Positions 37,161 through 45,693 of a stretch of 64,000 nucleotides of DNA are shown here, piece after piece (position 1 is the stretch's first letter; each line of letters begins with the position of its first letter). The notes under the pieces were generated by a model. The model was not told the origin of the DNA, searched no databases, and was given only the letters and a program-made list of their open reading frames with translations. The DNA comes from Candidatus Dormiibacterota bacterium. GTDB lineage: Bacteria; Chloroflexota; Dormibacteria; Aeolococcales; Bog-877. Position numbers and translations under genes: made by a program. Where the stretch lies: positions 27,092 through 91,091 of the forward strand of contig DAHWNZ010000003.1 in NCBI GenBank assembly GCA_027339635.1, read 5' to 3'.

Positions 37161-37712
37161 GTGACCAAGACAGCGTCCGACGGCACACGTATCCTGGGCC
37201 GCCTGCGATCGGTCGATGGAAGAGGGACCGTTCGCCTCGAAGACCACTTCGACACGGGCATCGACAACCTGTGGTCGGCGATCACGGATCCTGGCCGCCT
37301 CGCCCAGTGGCACGCAAAGGTGGAAGGAGACCTCCGGCCTGGTGGAACATTCCGACTGTTCGTGGAGGCAGATGACTGGGAGGGCAATGGACGAGTGGAG
37401 GCGTGTGTGCGGCCGAAGCGCCTAGTGGTGAAGACCCGGGAGTCGGACGAGTCCTGGCGCAAGGGTCAAGGCGCGCCGCCGTTCGATGAGAGCGTCGAGG
37501 CCACTTTGACCGCCGAGGGAGAGCAGACCGCCTTGGTCGTTGAGATCGGGAACTTGCCGATCGACCCGCTTCCCTACTATGCGGCCGGGTGGCAGATCCA
37601 TTTCGAAAAACTTGCGGCGTATCTCGCAGGCGGTGAACTCCACGATGCCAATGGGCGTTGGGATGTCCTCGTGCCTGTGTATCAGGACTTGGCCGCTGAG
37701 ATCGGCAAGTAG
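37161..37712 (+). CDS. SRPBCC-superfamily protein (AHSA1/START-like)
   Basis: 183 aa with GIDNLWSAITDPGRLAQWHAKVEGDLRPGGTFRL and AAGWQIHFEKLAAYLAG. Confidence 0.72.
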   Translation: MTKTASDGTRILGRLRSVDGRGTVRLEDHFDTGIDNLWSAITDPGRLAQWHAKVEGDLRPGGTFRLFVEADDWEGNGRVEACVRPKRLVVKTRESDESWRKGQGAPPFDESVEATLTAEGEQTALVVEIGNLPIDPLPYYAAGWQIHFEKLAAYLAGGELHDANGRWDVLVPVYQDLAAEIGK

Positions 37713-38119
37713 CGTAAAGATTTCGGTACTCTTGCGAGGTCTCGGTTTGTGAGCGCGCCTGACCAGCGGCGGTGATGGACCCGCTGCGCGCCGAGCGGCC
37801 CGGCCAGTCGCGCGTGGTCTGAGCCTGGCGCCGATTACCGCCTCCGGCCAACGCCGCCACTTGGCTCAGGCGGGAAGGGCGGGTTTGCCAGCGAACTGTC
37901 CGCCGGTGACCGTTTCGGATTGGAAGACGAGGAGCAAGCCGGGTGTGACGTACAGCCCTGACCGCCTTTGTGGGCCGGATATGTTGTCAACTTCCCCCCT
38001 CTGAGACGGCACCTGAGTGCTCCCCATGACCAGCCCGTGAACCCTCGCCATCCGCTGATTCAGCCCTGGCGGATCCTCGAAGTTGGGCGTCAGGAGCTAC
38101 TCTGTGGCCCAGGCGCGGG

Positions 38120-38533
38120 TCAGACCGCGACGATGTCGACGAGTCCTTGGAGGCTTTGGAAGTCCTCCGGATTGCGCGTGTAGACCGGGAGGCCCGTGGC
38201 GTACGCGGTCGCTGCAATCAGGAGATCCAATGCCCGAGCCCCACGCGCCGTGTGCCTCCTTGCTAGCTCGGCAGCGTAGATCCGACCATAGGCTCGGGCC
38301 GCTTCAACGTCAAAGGGCAGGGGGTCGAAGGCGGCTTCCGCCCGTTGCAATCGATCCTGTCGGCGCCCCCTCTCATCGGCGTCGTCGGTCGCGTGGGGTC
38401 CGGCAGCGAGCTCTGCCATGGTGATTGCGCTGACCGCCAGCTCGATCGGGAGTTGCCCGGCGTCAAGCTGTTCGAGGTCAACGACTACGGAGGTGTCGAT
38501 GACCCCACGCTGGGCACGTTGGGCGTCAGGCAC
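38120..38533 (-). CDS. vapC: type II toxin VapC (PIN-domain ribonuclease)
   Basis: VIDTSVVVDL (first acidic residue), ITMAELAAG, LDLLIAATAYATGLPVYTRNPEDF. I chose GTG 38533, which overlaps the antitoxin stop by 8 nt; the track ORF starts at TTG 38557. Confidence 0.85.
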   Translation of the reverse strand: MPDAQRAQRGVIDTSVVVDLEQLDAGQLPIELAVSAITMAELAAGPHATDDADERGRRQDRLQRAEAAFDPLPFDVEAARAYGRIYAAELARRHTARGARALDLLIAATAYATGLPVYTRNPEDFQSLQGLVDIVAV

Positions 38534-38780
38534 GGGGGCTCGCGTCCTGGGGGGCAACGCTGTCGAGGTCGGCGCGAAGCCGGGTCAGCTCGACGCTTGG
38601 AGCGCTGCGGAACATGGCGATAGCGGCATCGGCGGGCACGCAGCGACGTCTCCGAAGGGGAGTCAACTCTCCAACGGGCACACCATTCCTGGTGACTACG
38701 AAGGTCTCGCCCTGATCCAATGCCCTCATGATCTCGCCGCTGTCGTTCCGAAGCTGCCTTTGGGTGATGTCTCGTGCCAT
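38526..38780 (-). CDS. type II antitoxin (Phd/YefM-type fold, VapB partner)
   Basis: ATG 38778-38780 gives an 84-aa protein, MARDITQRQLRNDSGEIMRALDQGETFVVTRNGVPVGELTPL. The 72 upstream codons in the track ORF are probably not translated. Confidence 0.8.
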   Translation of the reverse strand: MARDITQRQLRNDSGEIMRALDQGETFVVTRNGVPVGELTPLRRRRCVPADAAIAMFRSAPSVELTRLRADLDSVAPQDASPRA

Positions 38781-38789
38781 CGGTTGAAC

Positions 38790-38806
38790 GTAGCACCATG
38801 TGCTAC
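38790..38806. promoter_or_regulatory. palindromic operator candidate upstream of the antitoxin gene
   Basis: GTAGCAC-cat-GTGCTAC has perfect 7-bp arms and sits 10-26 nt upstream of the antitoxin ATG. Type II TA operons are typically autoregulated at such sites. A TACGTT hexamer 6 nt before the ATG would make the mRNA leaderless. Confidence 0.4.
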
Positions 38807-39073
38807 TGGCTGACTGATGGGCGTGTGACCTAACTTGGCCGTTCACGCCAACCAGCACCAAAGTTGCCGCTCCCTCATGTTGGGCAGACGAGAGGCTCGG
38901 GAAAGCTGTGTCCGCCGCTGCGAGGGATCTCCAAGCGCCGCTCGGTCGTTGGTGGTTGGTTTCCGTTGTTCGAGAGCATCCAGGAGGGGAAGGCACGGAG
39001 AGGGTGTCAAATCCACCGGCGGAGCCATCAAAACGGTCCGGCTGATCTCAAGAACCTGTGACAATGGAGCCCC

Positions 39074-39151
39074 TGGTCGGGAAGGGCGGATTCGAACCGC
39101 CGACCTCACGGTCCCGAACCGTGCACTCTAACCTGACTGAGCTACTTCCCG
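39074..39151 (-). tRNA. tRNA-Pro (anticodon CGG), CCA encoded
   Basis: Hand-folded cloverleaf. Acceptor CGGGAAG/CTTCCCG, D arm GCTC..GAGT, anticodon stem CACGG/CCGTG with loop TTCGGGA (CGG), variable AGGTC, T arm GGCGG-TTCGAAT-CCGCC, discriminator A plus CCA. Total 78 nt. Confidence 0.93.
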
Positions 39152-39204
39152 AGGGTGCTCAGTATACCGATGAGTGTTGGGTGCCCCTCTGGTCCGTAAA
39201 CTGG

Positions 39205-39774
39205 TTGACCGTGCCGATCTATCTTGTCCGCCATGGTGCCACGGCATGGACGGACGCTCGCAGGCACACCGGCAAGAGTGACATCCCACTCACGGAGGTT
39301 GGCGAGGAGCAGGCGAGGGATGTCGGGCATCGCTTGGCCGGGATTGAGTTTGCCAGGGTTGTCTGCAGCCCTCGCCTGCGCGCTCTCAGGACCGCCGAAC
39401 TGGCCGGGCTGGGTGCCAGGGTCCAGGTGGATCCGCGGCTATCCGAGTACGACTACGGTGAGTACGAGGGGTTGACCAGCGAGCAGATTCAAGCGCTGAA
39501 TCCAGGCTGGGAACTGTGGGCCGACGGGTGCCCCAACGGCGAGACGCCCGGAGCGGTGCTGGCACGTGCGCGGGAGCTTCTTGGCAGCCTTGGACAGGTC
39601 GACCACAGGAACGTTGTCCTCTTCGGGCATGGACACATCCTGCGCGCGCTTGCGGCTGCCTACCTCGAGGTCCCAGTCGGGTTCTGCCGCCATCTCATCC
39701 TGCGGGTGGCTTCGATCTCCCTGCTGGGCCAGGAGCACGGACAGCCCGCGATCGACCTGTGGGATCTGACCTGA
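39205..39774 (+). CDS. histidine phosphatase family protein (phosphoglycerate-mutase-like)
   Basis: IYLVRHGATAWTDARRHTGKSDIPLTEVGEEQA (RHG motif) and VLFGHGHILRAL. The start is TTG 39205 or GTG 39211. The track ORF from 39058 overlaps the tRNA and is over-extended. Confidence 0.85.
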   Translation: MTVPIYLVRHGATAWTDARRHTGKSDIPLTEVGEEQARDVGHRLAGIEFARVVCSPRLRALRTAELAGLGARVQVDPRLSEYDYGEYEGLTSEQIQALNPGWELWADGCPNGETPGAVLARARELLGSLGQVDHRNVVLFGHGHILRALAAAYLEVPVGFCRHLILRVASISLLGQEHGQPAIDLWDLT

Positions 39775-39787
39775 CCTGGTAGTGGTC

Positions 39788-40762
39788 TCAGGCGAGCCGG
39801 GGCTGGTTGACCAGGTTCTGCAGGAGTGCCGGCCTGCGGTCCAGTTCCCCAGCGGCCCGGGCTACCGCGAACTCGTAGACGGGCGAAACCCGCAGCGCCC
39901 GGGGAAACAGAGCCTTGGTCGATCTCAGCCACAGGCAGAGCCCCTGGTGGGCGGCCTCGTGCGCTGGCGTCCAGCGAATGCCGTAGTGTGCTCGGATGAC
40001 CTCTGGCAGCAGTCCTGAGGTGATGAAGCCGGTCAGCTCCGCCAGGCCCTTCGGGCCGCGCATGCCAAGCCTCGGGACCAAGATCACATCGGCCACCGCG
40101 CGCGAACCCGCCCCGGGCAGGGCCACTCCGGAGTCGACCTGTGAGCTGATCCAGGATCGCATGTCGGAGACCGACTTCCACCCAGACCCATCGGGGACTC
40201 CCATGATCCTCACGACCGCGTCCCATTCCCGCACGAAGCGATCCCGTTGTCTCTGACTGAGCCCACCGATCATGCGGTCATGGGTGTCGAGCATCGAATC
40301 CACCAGGGTCCCGTGAACCCAGAGGATGAGATCACGGTCCCTCGCCTGGTACGCGGCTCCGGCTCGCCAGCGCTCAGTCGCGTGGCCCTCGGGGACGGTT
40401 CCCCTGACCTTGCGATGCATTCGATTGACCTCACGGGTCGCGGCCAGCGCCTCTTCTCGGGTCCCGAAGACAACACTCGTGACCCATGCCACGGTCCGCT
40501 GAAAGCGTCCCACGGGGTCTCCCGTGAAGTCGCTGTGATCCAGTGCGCCCTGCGCCACCAGAGGATGGGCCACCTGCATCAGCAGGGCTCGCGACGCGCC
40601 CAGCAGCAGCATCGGCTCGCGCATCACCCGCCAGGTCACGCTGGCCGGCCCGAACAGGCCAGGTTCCAGGTCAGTCGCTCTGATGGGGAAGGGCCCGGGT
40701 GGGGGGAGCCCAGACGCCAAGAGCCACAACAGGTCGGACCGGGAAGGGGCCTTCAACTTCAT
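39788..40762 (-). CDS. DUF2236 / MpaB-family (heme) oxygenase-like protein
   Basis: I chose ATG 40762 (MKLKAPS..), giving 324 aa. Motifs VTWRVMREPMLLLGASRALLMQVAHPLVAQGALDHSDFTGDPVGRFQRT and EVNRMHRKVRG match the DUF2236 pattern. Confidence 0.75.
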   Translation of the reverse strand: MKLKAPSRSDLLWLLASGLPPPGPFPIRATDLEPGLFGPASVTWRVMREPMLLLGASRALLMQVAHPLVAQGALDHSDFTGDPVGRFQRTVAWVTSVVFGTREEALAATREVNRMHRKVRGTVPEGHATERWRAGAAYQARDRDLILWVHGTLVDSMLDTHDRMIGGLSQRQRDRFVREWDAVVRIMGVPDGSGWKSVSDMRSWISSQVDSGVALPGAGSRAVADVILVPRLGMRGPKGLAELTGFITSGLLPEVIRAHYGIRWTPAHEAAHQGLCLWLRSTKALFPRALRVSPVYEFAVARAAGELDRRPALLQNLVNQPRLA

Positions 40763-41048
40763 ATCCAAAGCGTATCCCGAGAGCTGGCTGGGGTGCCGCC
40801 CCGGATCTCGGGGTATATCGCTGCAACGCGCCTGGAGCACGTCCTTAGTCAGGCTCGCCTCAGGCCAACCCCGCTCGCAGGAATGGGACAGACAACTAGG
40901 TGGCCGAGCCGCCAGGGTGCGGCTGAGCCCACCGGCCGGCCGAACATGTGCATCTCGCACCCGGCCACCCCGTGGTTCAAGCACCACCGCTGAGCTGCGG
41001 CGGGCGATCTTCGTTAGGTCTCGGTTGACTCGGAGACGGGCTGAGCCT

Positions 41049-41543
41049 ATGGTCATTGATGTGTCCACTCCCTCGTTGACCGCCATCCTGGCGCCCTTCT
41101 CGTTTCTGGTGGGTAGCTGGAGTGGCCCAGGCCAGGGGCTGTGGGCCAGAGATCCCCAATTTCGATATCGCGAGAAGCTGTCCTTCACCCCGGTGCCCAA
41201 CCGGGCTTTGATCCGCTTTTCCCAGATCAGCTGGGATCAGCAGACCGGTGACCTAAGCCACTCCGAGGAGGGGTTCATCCGCGTCTTCGCGGAGGGCGAG
41301 GTGGAGCTGGTGGTGGCGATCCCGGCCGGCTACACGGAGGTCCACAGGGGAAGGTTGCTGGAGCGGCGGCTCCAGCTAGAGATGGTTCATCTGGGGGTCG
41401 CCCCACGGGCTCTGCCTCTGGCGAGGACCCGCCGCACACTGGAGCTGGCTGATGGCCGGCTCCATCACACAATCGAAATCGCGGTCGGCCAGCCCGAGCC
41501 GGTCCCCCACGTCGCCTCGGTTCTGAGTCGCCAGGCACAGTGA
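41049..41543 (+). CDS. nitrobindin-like heme-binding beta-barrel (THAP4/FABP-like, UPF0678)
   Basis: I chose ATG 41049, giving 164 aa. Motifs FLVGSWSGPGQGLW..FRYREKLSFTP..LIRFSQISWDQQTGDLSHSEEGFIRV..GEVELVVAIPAGYTEVHRG. Confidence 0.72.
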   Translation: MVIDVSTPSLTAILAPFSFLVGSWSGPGQGLWARDPQFRYREKLSFTPVPNRALIRFSQISWDQQTGDLSHSEEGFIRVFAEGEVELVVAIPAGYTEVHRGRLLERRLQLEMVHLGVAPRALPLARTRRTLELADGRLHHTIEIAVGQPEPVPHVASVLSRQAQ

Positions 41544-42811
41544 CGCTCCCCTCCGCAAGACCGCTCGTAGCGAGTGTCCCCGACGGTCCGGAGCGCCGCC
41601 GGGCCATGGCTCTGGACCAGGATGACCAGATCGCCTGGGCCAGGGAGCGCTTTCAGGTCCCAGACGGACAGCCCATCTACCTGGACGGCAATTCTCTTGG
41701 GATGCTGCCGCTGCGGTCCCTGGAGCGACTGGACCACCTGCTTCGGGAGGAGTGGGGCCGGGGGCTCGTGCGGGCCTGGGACCACTGGATGGGTCTGCCC
41801 TCCCAGGTGGGCGACCTATTGGGCTCAGCGCTGCTGGGGGCGGGCCCGGGCCAGACGGTGGTGAGCGACGCGACCACGGTCAATCTTTACAAGCTTGCCA
41901 GTGCCGCTCTCGACCGGCTGCCCACCAGGACCGTGATAGTAAGCGACCGTGCCAACTTCCCCACCGACCGTTATCTTCTCGAGGGGCTCGCCAGGGCCAG
42001 GAGCCTGGAGCTTCGGCTGGTCGACTTTCCCGAGGTGGAGGGCCCCACTCCGGAGCTAATCGAGCGGCATGTGGACCAGGCCACGGCCCTGGTCAGCCTG
42101 TCCCATGTCGACTACCGTTCGGGCGCAGTCGCCGACATGGCCGGGATCAACGAGGTGGTCCACAGGCGCGGGGCGCTGAACCTCTGGGATCTCTGCCACT
42201 CGGTGGGGGCGATCCCAATCCGCCTCGATGAGGCAGGCGCGGATCTTGCCGCTGGCTGCACCTACAAGTACCTCAACGCCGGCCCCGGGTCGCCAGCCTT
42301 CATGTACGTCCGCAGAGATCTCCAGGCGACCTTGCGGCAGCCCATCTGGGGGTGGTTTGGACAGGAGGATCAATTCGCCATGGGCCAGGGATATCGCCCG
42401 GTGGCTGGGGTGGCGAGGTTTCAGAGCGGCTCGCCCCAGGTCGTGGGCATCGCCCTGGTCGAAGAGGGGGCGCGCCTCCTCCAGGAGGTTGGCATCGGCC
42501 GGATCCGCGAGAAGAACATGGGGCTCACCGCCCTGTTCATCGACCTGTACGATGCCTGGCTCTCCGGCCTTGGCTTCGAGCTGATGACCCCGCGTCAACC
42601 AGATCGCCGAGGGTCTCAGGTCTGCCTACGACACCCTGGGGCACGCGCCATCTGCCAAACGCTCATCGAGCGGGATCTCGTGGTCGCCGACTTCCGCGCT
42701 CCCGACCGACTCCGCCTGGGCCTGGCGGCACCCACCACAAGGTTCGTGGATGTCCACGACGCGGCCTGGCACGTCCGCCAGGTGACGGCCGAGTTGATGG
42801 GACCTGGCTGA
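41540..42811 (+). CDS. kynU: kynureninase
   Basis: IYLDGNSLGMLP, TTVNLYKL and the PLP-lysine motif AAGCTYKYLNAGPGSPAFMYV. GTG 41540 overlaps the nitrobindin stop (GTGA). An alternative ATG start lies at 41606. Confidence 0.88.
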   Translation: MTLPSARPLVASVPDGPERRRAMALDQDDQIAWARERFQVPDGQPIYLDGNSLGMLPLRSLERLDHLLREEWGRGLVRAWDHWMGLPSQVGDLLGSALLGAGPGQTVVSDATTVNLYKLASAALDRLPTRTVIVSDRANFPTDRYLLEGLARARSLELRLVDFPEVEGPTPELIERHVDQATALVSLSHVDYRSGAVADMAGINEVVHRRGALNLWDLCHSVGAIPIRLDEAGADLAAGCTYKYLNAGPGSPAFMYVRRDLQATLRQPIWGWFGQEDQFAMGQGYRPVAGVARFQSGSPQVVGIALVEEGARLLQEVGIGRIREKNMGLTALFIDLYDAWLSGLGFELMTPRQPDRRGSQVCLRHPGARAICQTLIERDLVVADFRAPDRLRLGLAAPTTRFVDVHDAAWHVRQVTAELMGPG

Positions 42812-42839
42812 CGGAGCATGGCAACTGGGCGCCTGTCGG

Positions 42840-44648
42840 CTAGCTCCGGCCCTCTCCGGCGACCAGGGGCAGGATGAACTCCAGAGCCTGGCGGGTCAGC
42901 TCCACGTCCTGATCGACCACCATGGCACTGTGGCCAGCCGGATAGTGGTGGAAGGAGACCGGCTTGCCCAGCTCCTGAAGCCGACGCACGTACACCTCGA
43001 TCTGGTGATAGGGACAGCGGCTGTCGTTCTCACCGGCCTGGATCAGCACCGGAGCCGACAGCTTGCTGGCGTAGGTCAGGGGAGAGCGCTCGTGGAACAG
43101 CGCCGGAACCTCGCTCGGGTCGCCCTGGAAGAGCGCCCTGTCCATAGCCTGCAGGGGCTCCGACTCCTCCGCGAACGCCAGCTCGTAGTCCGCTACCGGC
43201 ACCCGGGCGACCCCTCCGGCGAACAACTCGGGGTGTAGGCCCAAGCCGAGCAGGGTGATGTACCCGCCCCAGGACGCGCCCATCAGGATCACCCGCTTGG
43301 GGTCGGCAAGACCGCGTGCCACCAGGTCCGCTACCCCGTGGGCGACATCGGTCACCTCGGGAAACCCCGGGTCCCCGATGAGCCTGTCCATGTGTTCCTT
43401 CCCGTAGCCGGTGCTGCCCCGGTAATTGGGCGCCGCCACCAGCAACCCATGGTCGACCAGGGCCGCCATGGCCGGCGAGAAGGAGTCGTCTATGTGCCAG
43501 TGGGGCCCACCGTGGACCCAGACCACCGTGGGGTAGGGGGGAGCCCCGCTCGGGCTGGCGAGGAAGCCATGAATTGTCTTTCCCTCGGCGGTCGGATAAC
43601 GCCAGCTTCGGAAGGATGGCGCTCGGGGGGGCCGACCGGGGACGCGGACAACCTCCCTGGCATCCGGGAGCTCGAGAACCCTGGGCGAACGGGAGGCATT
43701 CCCGCATAGGGCCCATACGGCGCCGTCGGGTCGCACGGCCGCCGCCATCGTGCCCGCTGGACCTTCCACTCTGCTGATGTCCATGCTCTCCAGATCCAGT
43801 CGCCAGAGACGGTGGCGACCGTCGAGGAGCTGGCGCAGCAGGAGCGCTTCCCCGTTGGGATACCAGTCGAGCACTTCGATTTCGCCCCGCAGCCCCGTCC
43901 CCAGGGGCTGCAGCTCGCGACGCCGCGGCCACCAAAGGGACGGGCGCTGGTGCCCCTGCTGGTCGTCGCTGATGGCGACACACGGCTCGCGGTATTGAGG
44001 CCTGAAGCCCGCCGCCAAATAGTGTCTCGTCCCCTTGGAGGCCAGCTGGCTCACGAGGCTGCCATCGGCGGCGTCCAGGACGACCAGGTCGGGGTGGATG
44101 GCGTCGCCATTCCGGGCCGACGAGATCAGAGCGTAGCGGTCGTCTCGACTAAGATCGATCACCACCGTCTCTTCGGTGTCGTGGTGGATGCGCTTGGGAT
44201 GGGGGGCTCGATCCGTGGACGTGTTGTAGATGGAGAATCCCGAGTGGTCGGCCAGCCCCACCAGGACGCGCCGGCCCCCGAACGCCAGCCCTGACTCCCA
44301 GCTTGGTCCAACTCCGGGCACCAGGTCCCAGGGCTTGCCCTTGGGAAAGCGTGCCACACGCCATTGCCCGACCTCGTCTCCCGTGTCGTCGTCAAACCAG
44401 ATCACGCATTGACCGTCAGGGCTTATGTCCGCGGTCCGGTTGCCCACCGCGCCACTGGTCAACCGGCGGTTTCTGCCCTCCCCCAGGTCAAGGGTCCACC
44501 CCTGCCAGCTGCCGCCTCGGGAAGAGCTGTAGACGATCCGTTCCGGTTTGTCCCTGGCCCATCGGGGCAGGTCCAGTCTGGCACCGCGAAAGCGGCGCTC
44601 CCAAAGTGGCGGTGCGGGCCGCTTCCGGTTCGATGCCGCCAGCTCCAT
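42840..44648 (-). CDS. S9-family serine peptidase (prolyl oligopeptidase / acylaminoacyl-peptidase-like)
   Basis: 602 aa with an N-terminal propeller-like region. The C-terminal alpha/beta hydrolase domain carries VVWVHGGPH, NYRGSTGYG, the nucleophile elbow LMGASWGGYITL, then ENDSRCP and PAGHS. Confidence 0.87.
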   Translation of the reverse strand: MELAASNRKRPAPPLWERRFRGARLDLPRWARDKPERIVYSSSRGGSWQGWTLDLGEGRNRRLTSGAVGNRTADISPDGQCVIWFDDDTGDEVGQWRVARFPKGKPWDLVPGVGPSWESGLAFGGRRVLVGLADHSGFSIYNTSTDRAPHPKRIHHDTEETVVIDLSRDDRYALISSARNGDAIHPDLVVLDAADGSLVSQLASKGTRHYLAAGFRPQYREPCVAISDDQQGHQRPSLWWPRRRELQPLGTGLRGEIEVLDWYPNGEALLLRQLLDGRHRLWRLDLESMDISRVEGPAGTMAAAVRPDGAVWALCGNASRSPRVLELPDAREVVRVPGRPPRAPSFRSWRYPTAEGKTIHGFLASPSGAPPYPTVVWVHGGPHWHIDDSFSPAMAALVDHGLLVAAPNYRGSTGYGKEHMDRLIGDPGFPEVTDVAHGVADLVARGLADPKRVILMGASWGGYITLLGLGLHPELFAGGVARVPVADYELAFAEESEPLQAMDRALFQGDPSEVPALFHERSPLTYASKLSAPVLIQAGENDSRCPYHQIEVYVRRLQELGKPVSFHHYPAGHSAMVVDQDVELTRQALEFILPLVAGEGRS

Positions 44649-44734
44649 CCGGCCTCACTCCTCTCAACAAACTGCGGGCCATGGCCGCTTCCGGTCGTCC
44701 CCGCGACAATCTTAGGAGGCCGGGCGCGCCCTCT

Positions 44735-45613
44735 TCAGCGGGCGGGGGCGCGCCGCATCCCCGAAGACCTTCCGGAAAGCCACCAGAACCCCGCCACGGC
44801 GGCGAGAACATAGGTCAGGTAGCAGAGTATCTGCAGCTCGGTCGGCTTTGCCGCATAGCCCAAGAAGGTGTGCAGAACATCCCCCAGTGGGCCTCCTTCG
44901 CTGAGCACCCGAGCCGTGTTCCACACGGGATGGTCGAGCAGCGGGAGCCAGCGCAGCTGCTGCAGGTTCTCGATTGCGTCCGCCAACAGGCCGGCGGCGA
45001 ACAGCATCAGCAGAGTGCCGACCACCTGGAAAAACCTGCCCAGGTTGAGTCGATGGCCGAGGCGGTAGATCACGAAAGCGACGGCGAGGGCTGCCGCCAC
45101 CCCGAGGAGCGCTCCGAGACCCGCCGCCGGCACCGATGTCGCAAAGTTGTGGGAGCTGTTGGAGGCGGCGAAGAAGATCGCCAGGGTGAAGACCACGGTC
45201 TCCAGTCCCTCCCGGCCCACGGCTTGAAAGGCCACCAGGGCCAAGCTCCAGCGGGCGCCCCCAGTCATGGCCGCGTCCGCTCTGGCCCTGAGTTCTGCCG
45301 AGAGCGAGCGGGCGTGGGAATGCATCCAGAAGGTCATGTAGGTGAGCACCCCGCAGGCCAGGAGGTAGGTCCCGGTCTCGAAGATGGTCTGGACGCGCGA
45401 GCCTTCGTAGGTATGGATCAGCAGAAAGGCGGCCGCACCGCCGCCGAACGCGAGCAACAGCGCACTGCCCACGCCGAGGTAGACGTCGCGGAAGTTTTCC
45501 CGATGGCCGCTGCGAGCGAGATACGCGAGCAGGATGGCGACGATCATGCTCGCTTCCACGCCCTCACGGAGGAAAATGACGAAGGTTGGCAGCACCGCGG
45601 TATCCACCTCCAC
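44735..45613 (-). CDS. FTR1-family high-affinity iron permease (EfeU-like)
   Basis: 292 aa with a GTG start and two REXXE motifs (FLREGVEASM and GREGLETVVF) in a 7-TM protein. Confidence 0.85.
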   Translation of the reverse strand: MEVDTAVLPTFVIFLREGVEASMIVAILLAYLARSGHRENFRDVYLGVGSALLLAFGGGAAAFLLIHTYEGSRVQTIFETGTYLLACGVLTYMTFWMHSHARSLSAELRARADAAMTGGARWSLALVAFQAVGREGLETVVFTLAIFFAASNSSHNFATSVPAAGLGALLGVAAALAVAFVIYRLGHRLNLGRFFQVVGTLLMLFAAGLLADAIENLQQLRWLPLLDHPVWNTARVLSEGGPLGDVLHTFLGYAAKPTELQILCYLTYVLAAVAGFWWLSGRSSGMRRAPAR

Positions 45614-45661
45614 CCGCTCTCGCTCTGAGGAGGCCAGAGTGAGCTTCGACTCATCGAATAG

Positions 45662-45681
45662 TTAGCAGAGGCTAAGCCTAA
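45662..45681. promoter_or_regulatory. candidate DtxR/IdeR iron box in the divergent FTR1/regulator intergenic region
   Basis: TTAGCAGAGGCTAAGCCTAA. Its reverse complement TTAGGcTTAGCCTCTGCTAA matches the textbook IdeR/DtxR consensus TTAGGTTAGGCTAACCTAA at about 15/19 positions if one extra base is allowed. It sits 13 nt upstream of the regulator ATG. Confidence 0.4.
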
Positions 45682-45693
45682 GGGGATAAATCC

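Noticed and set aside
39001-39027. A tRNA-like 3' fragment (GGGTGTCAAATCCACCGGCGGAGCCA) about 50 nt from tRNA-Pro. It could be an att remnant or a second tRNA.
   Set aside because: The T-loop is one base short of the TTCRANY pattern, and the T-stem has a terminal mismatch. I found no complementary 5' acceptor strand within the preceding 100 nt. It does not match the tRNA-Pro sequence.
39058-39204. The N-terminal 49 codons of the 238-aa ORF that overlap tRNA-Pro on the opposite strand.
   Set aside because: Histidine-phosphatase homology starts at IYLVRHG (39214). The upstream part is simply the antisense of the tRNA.
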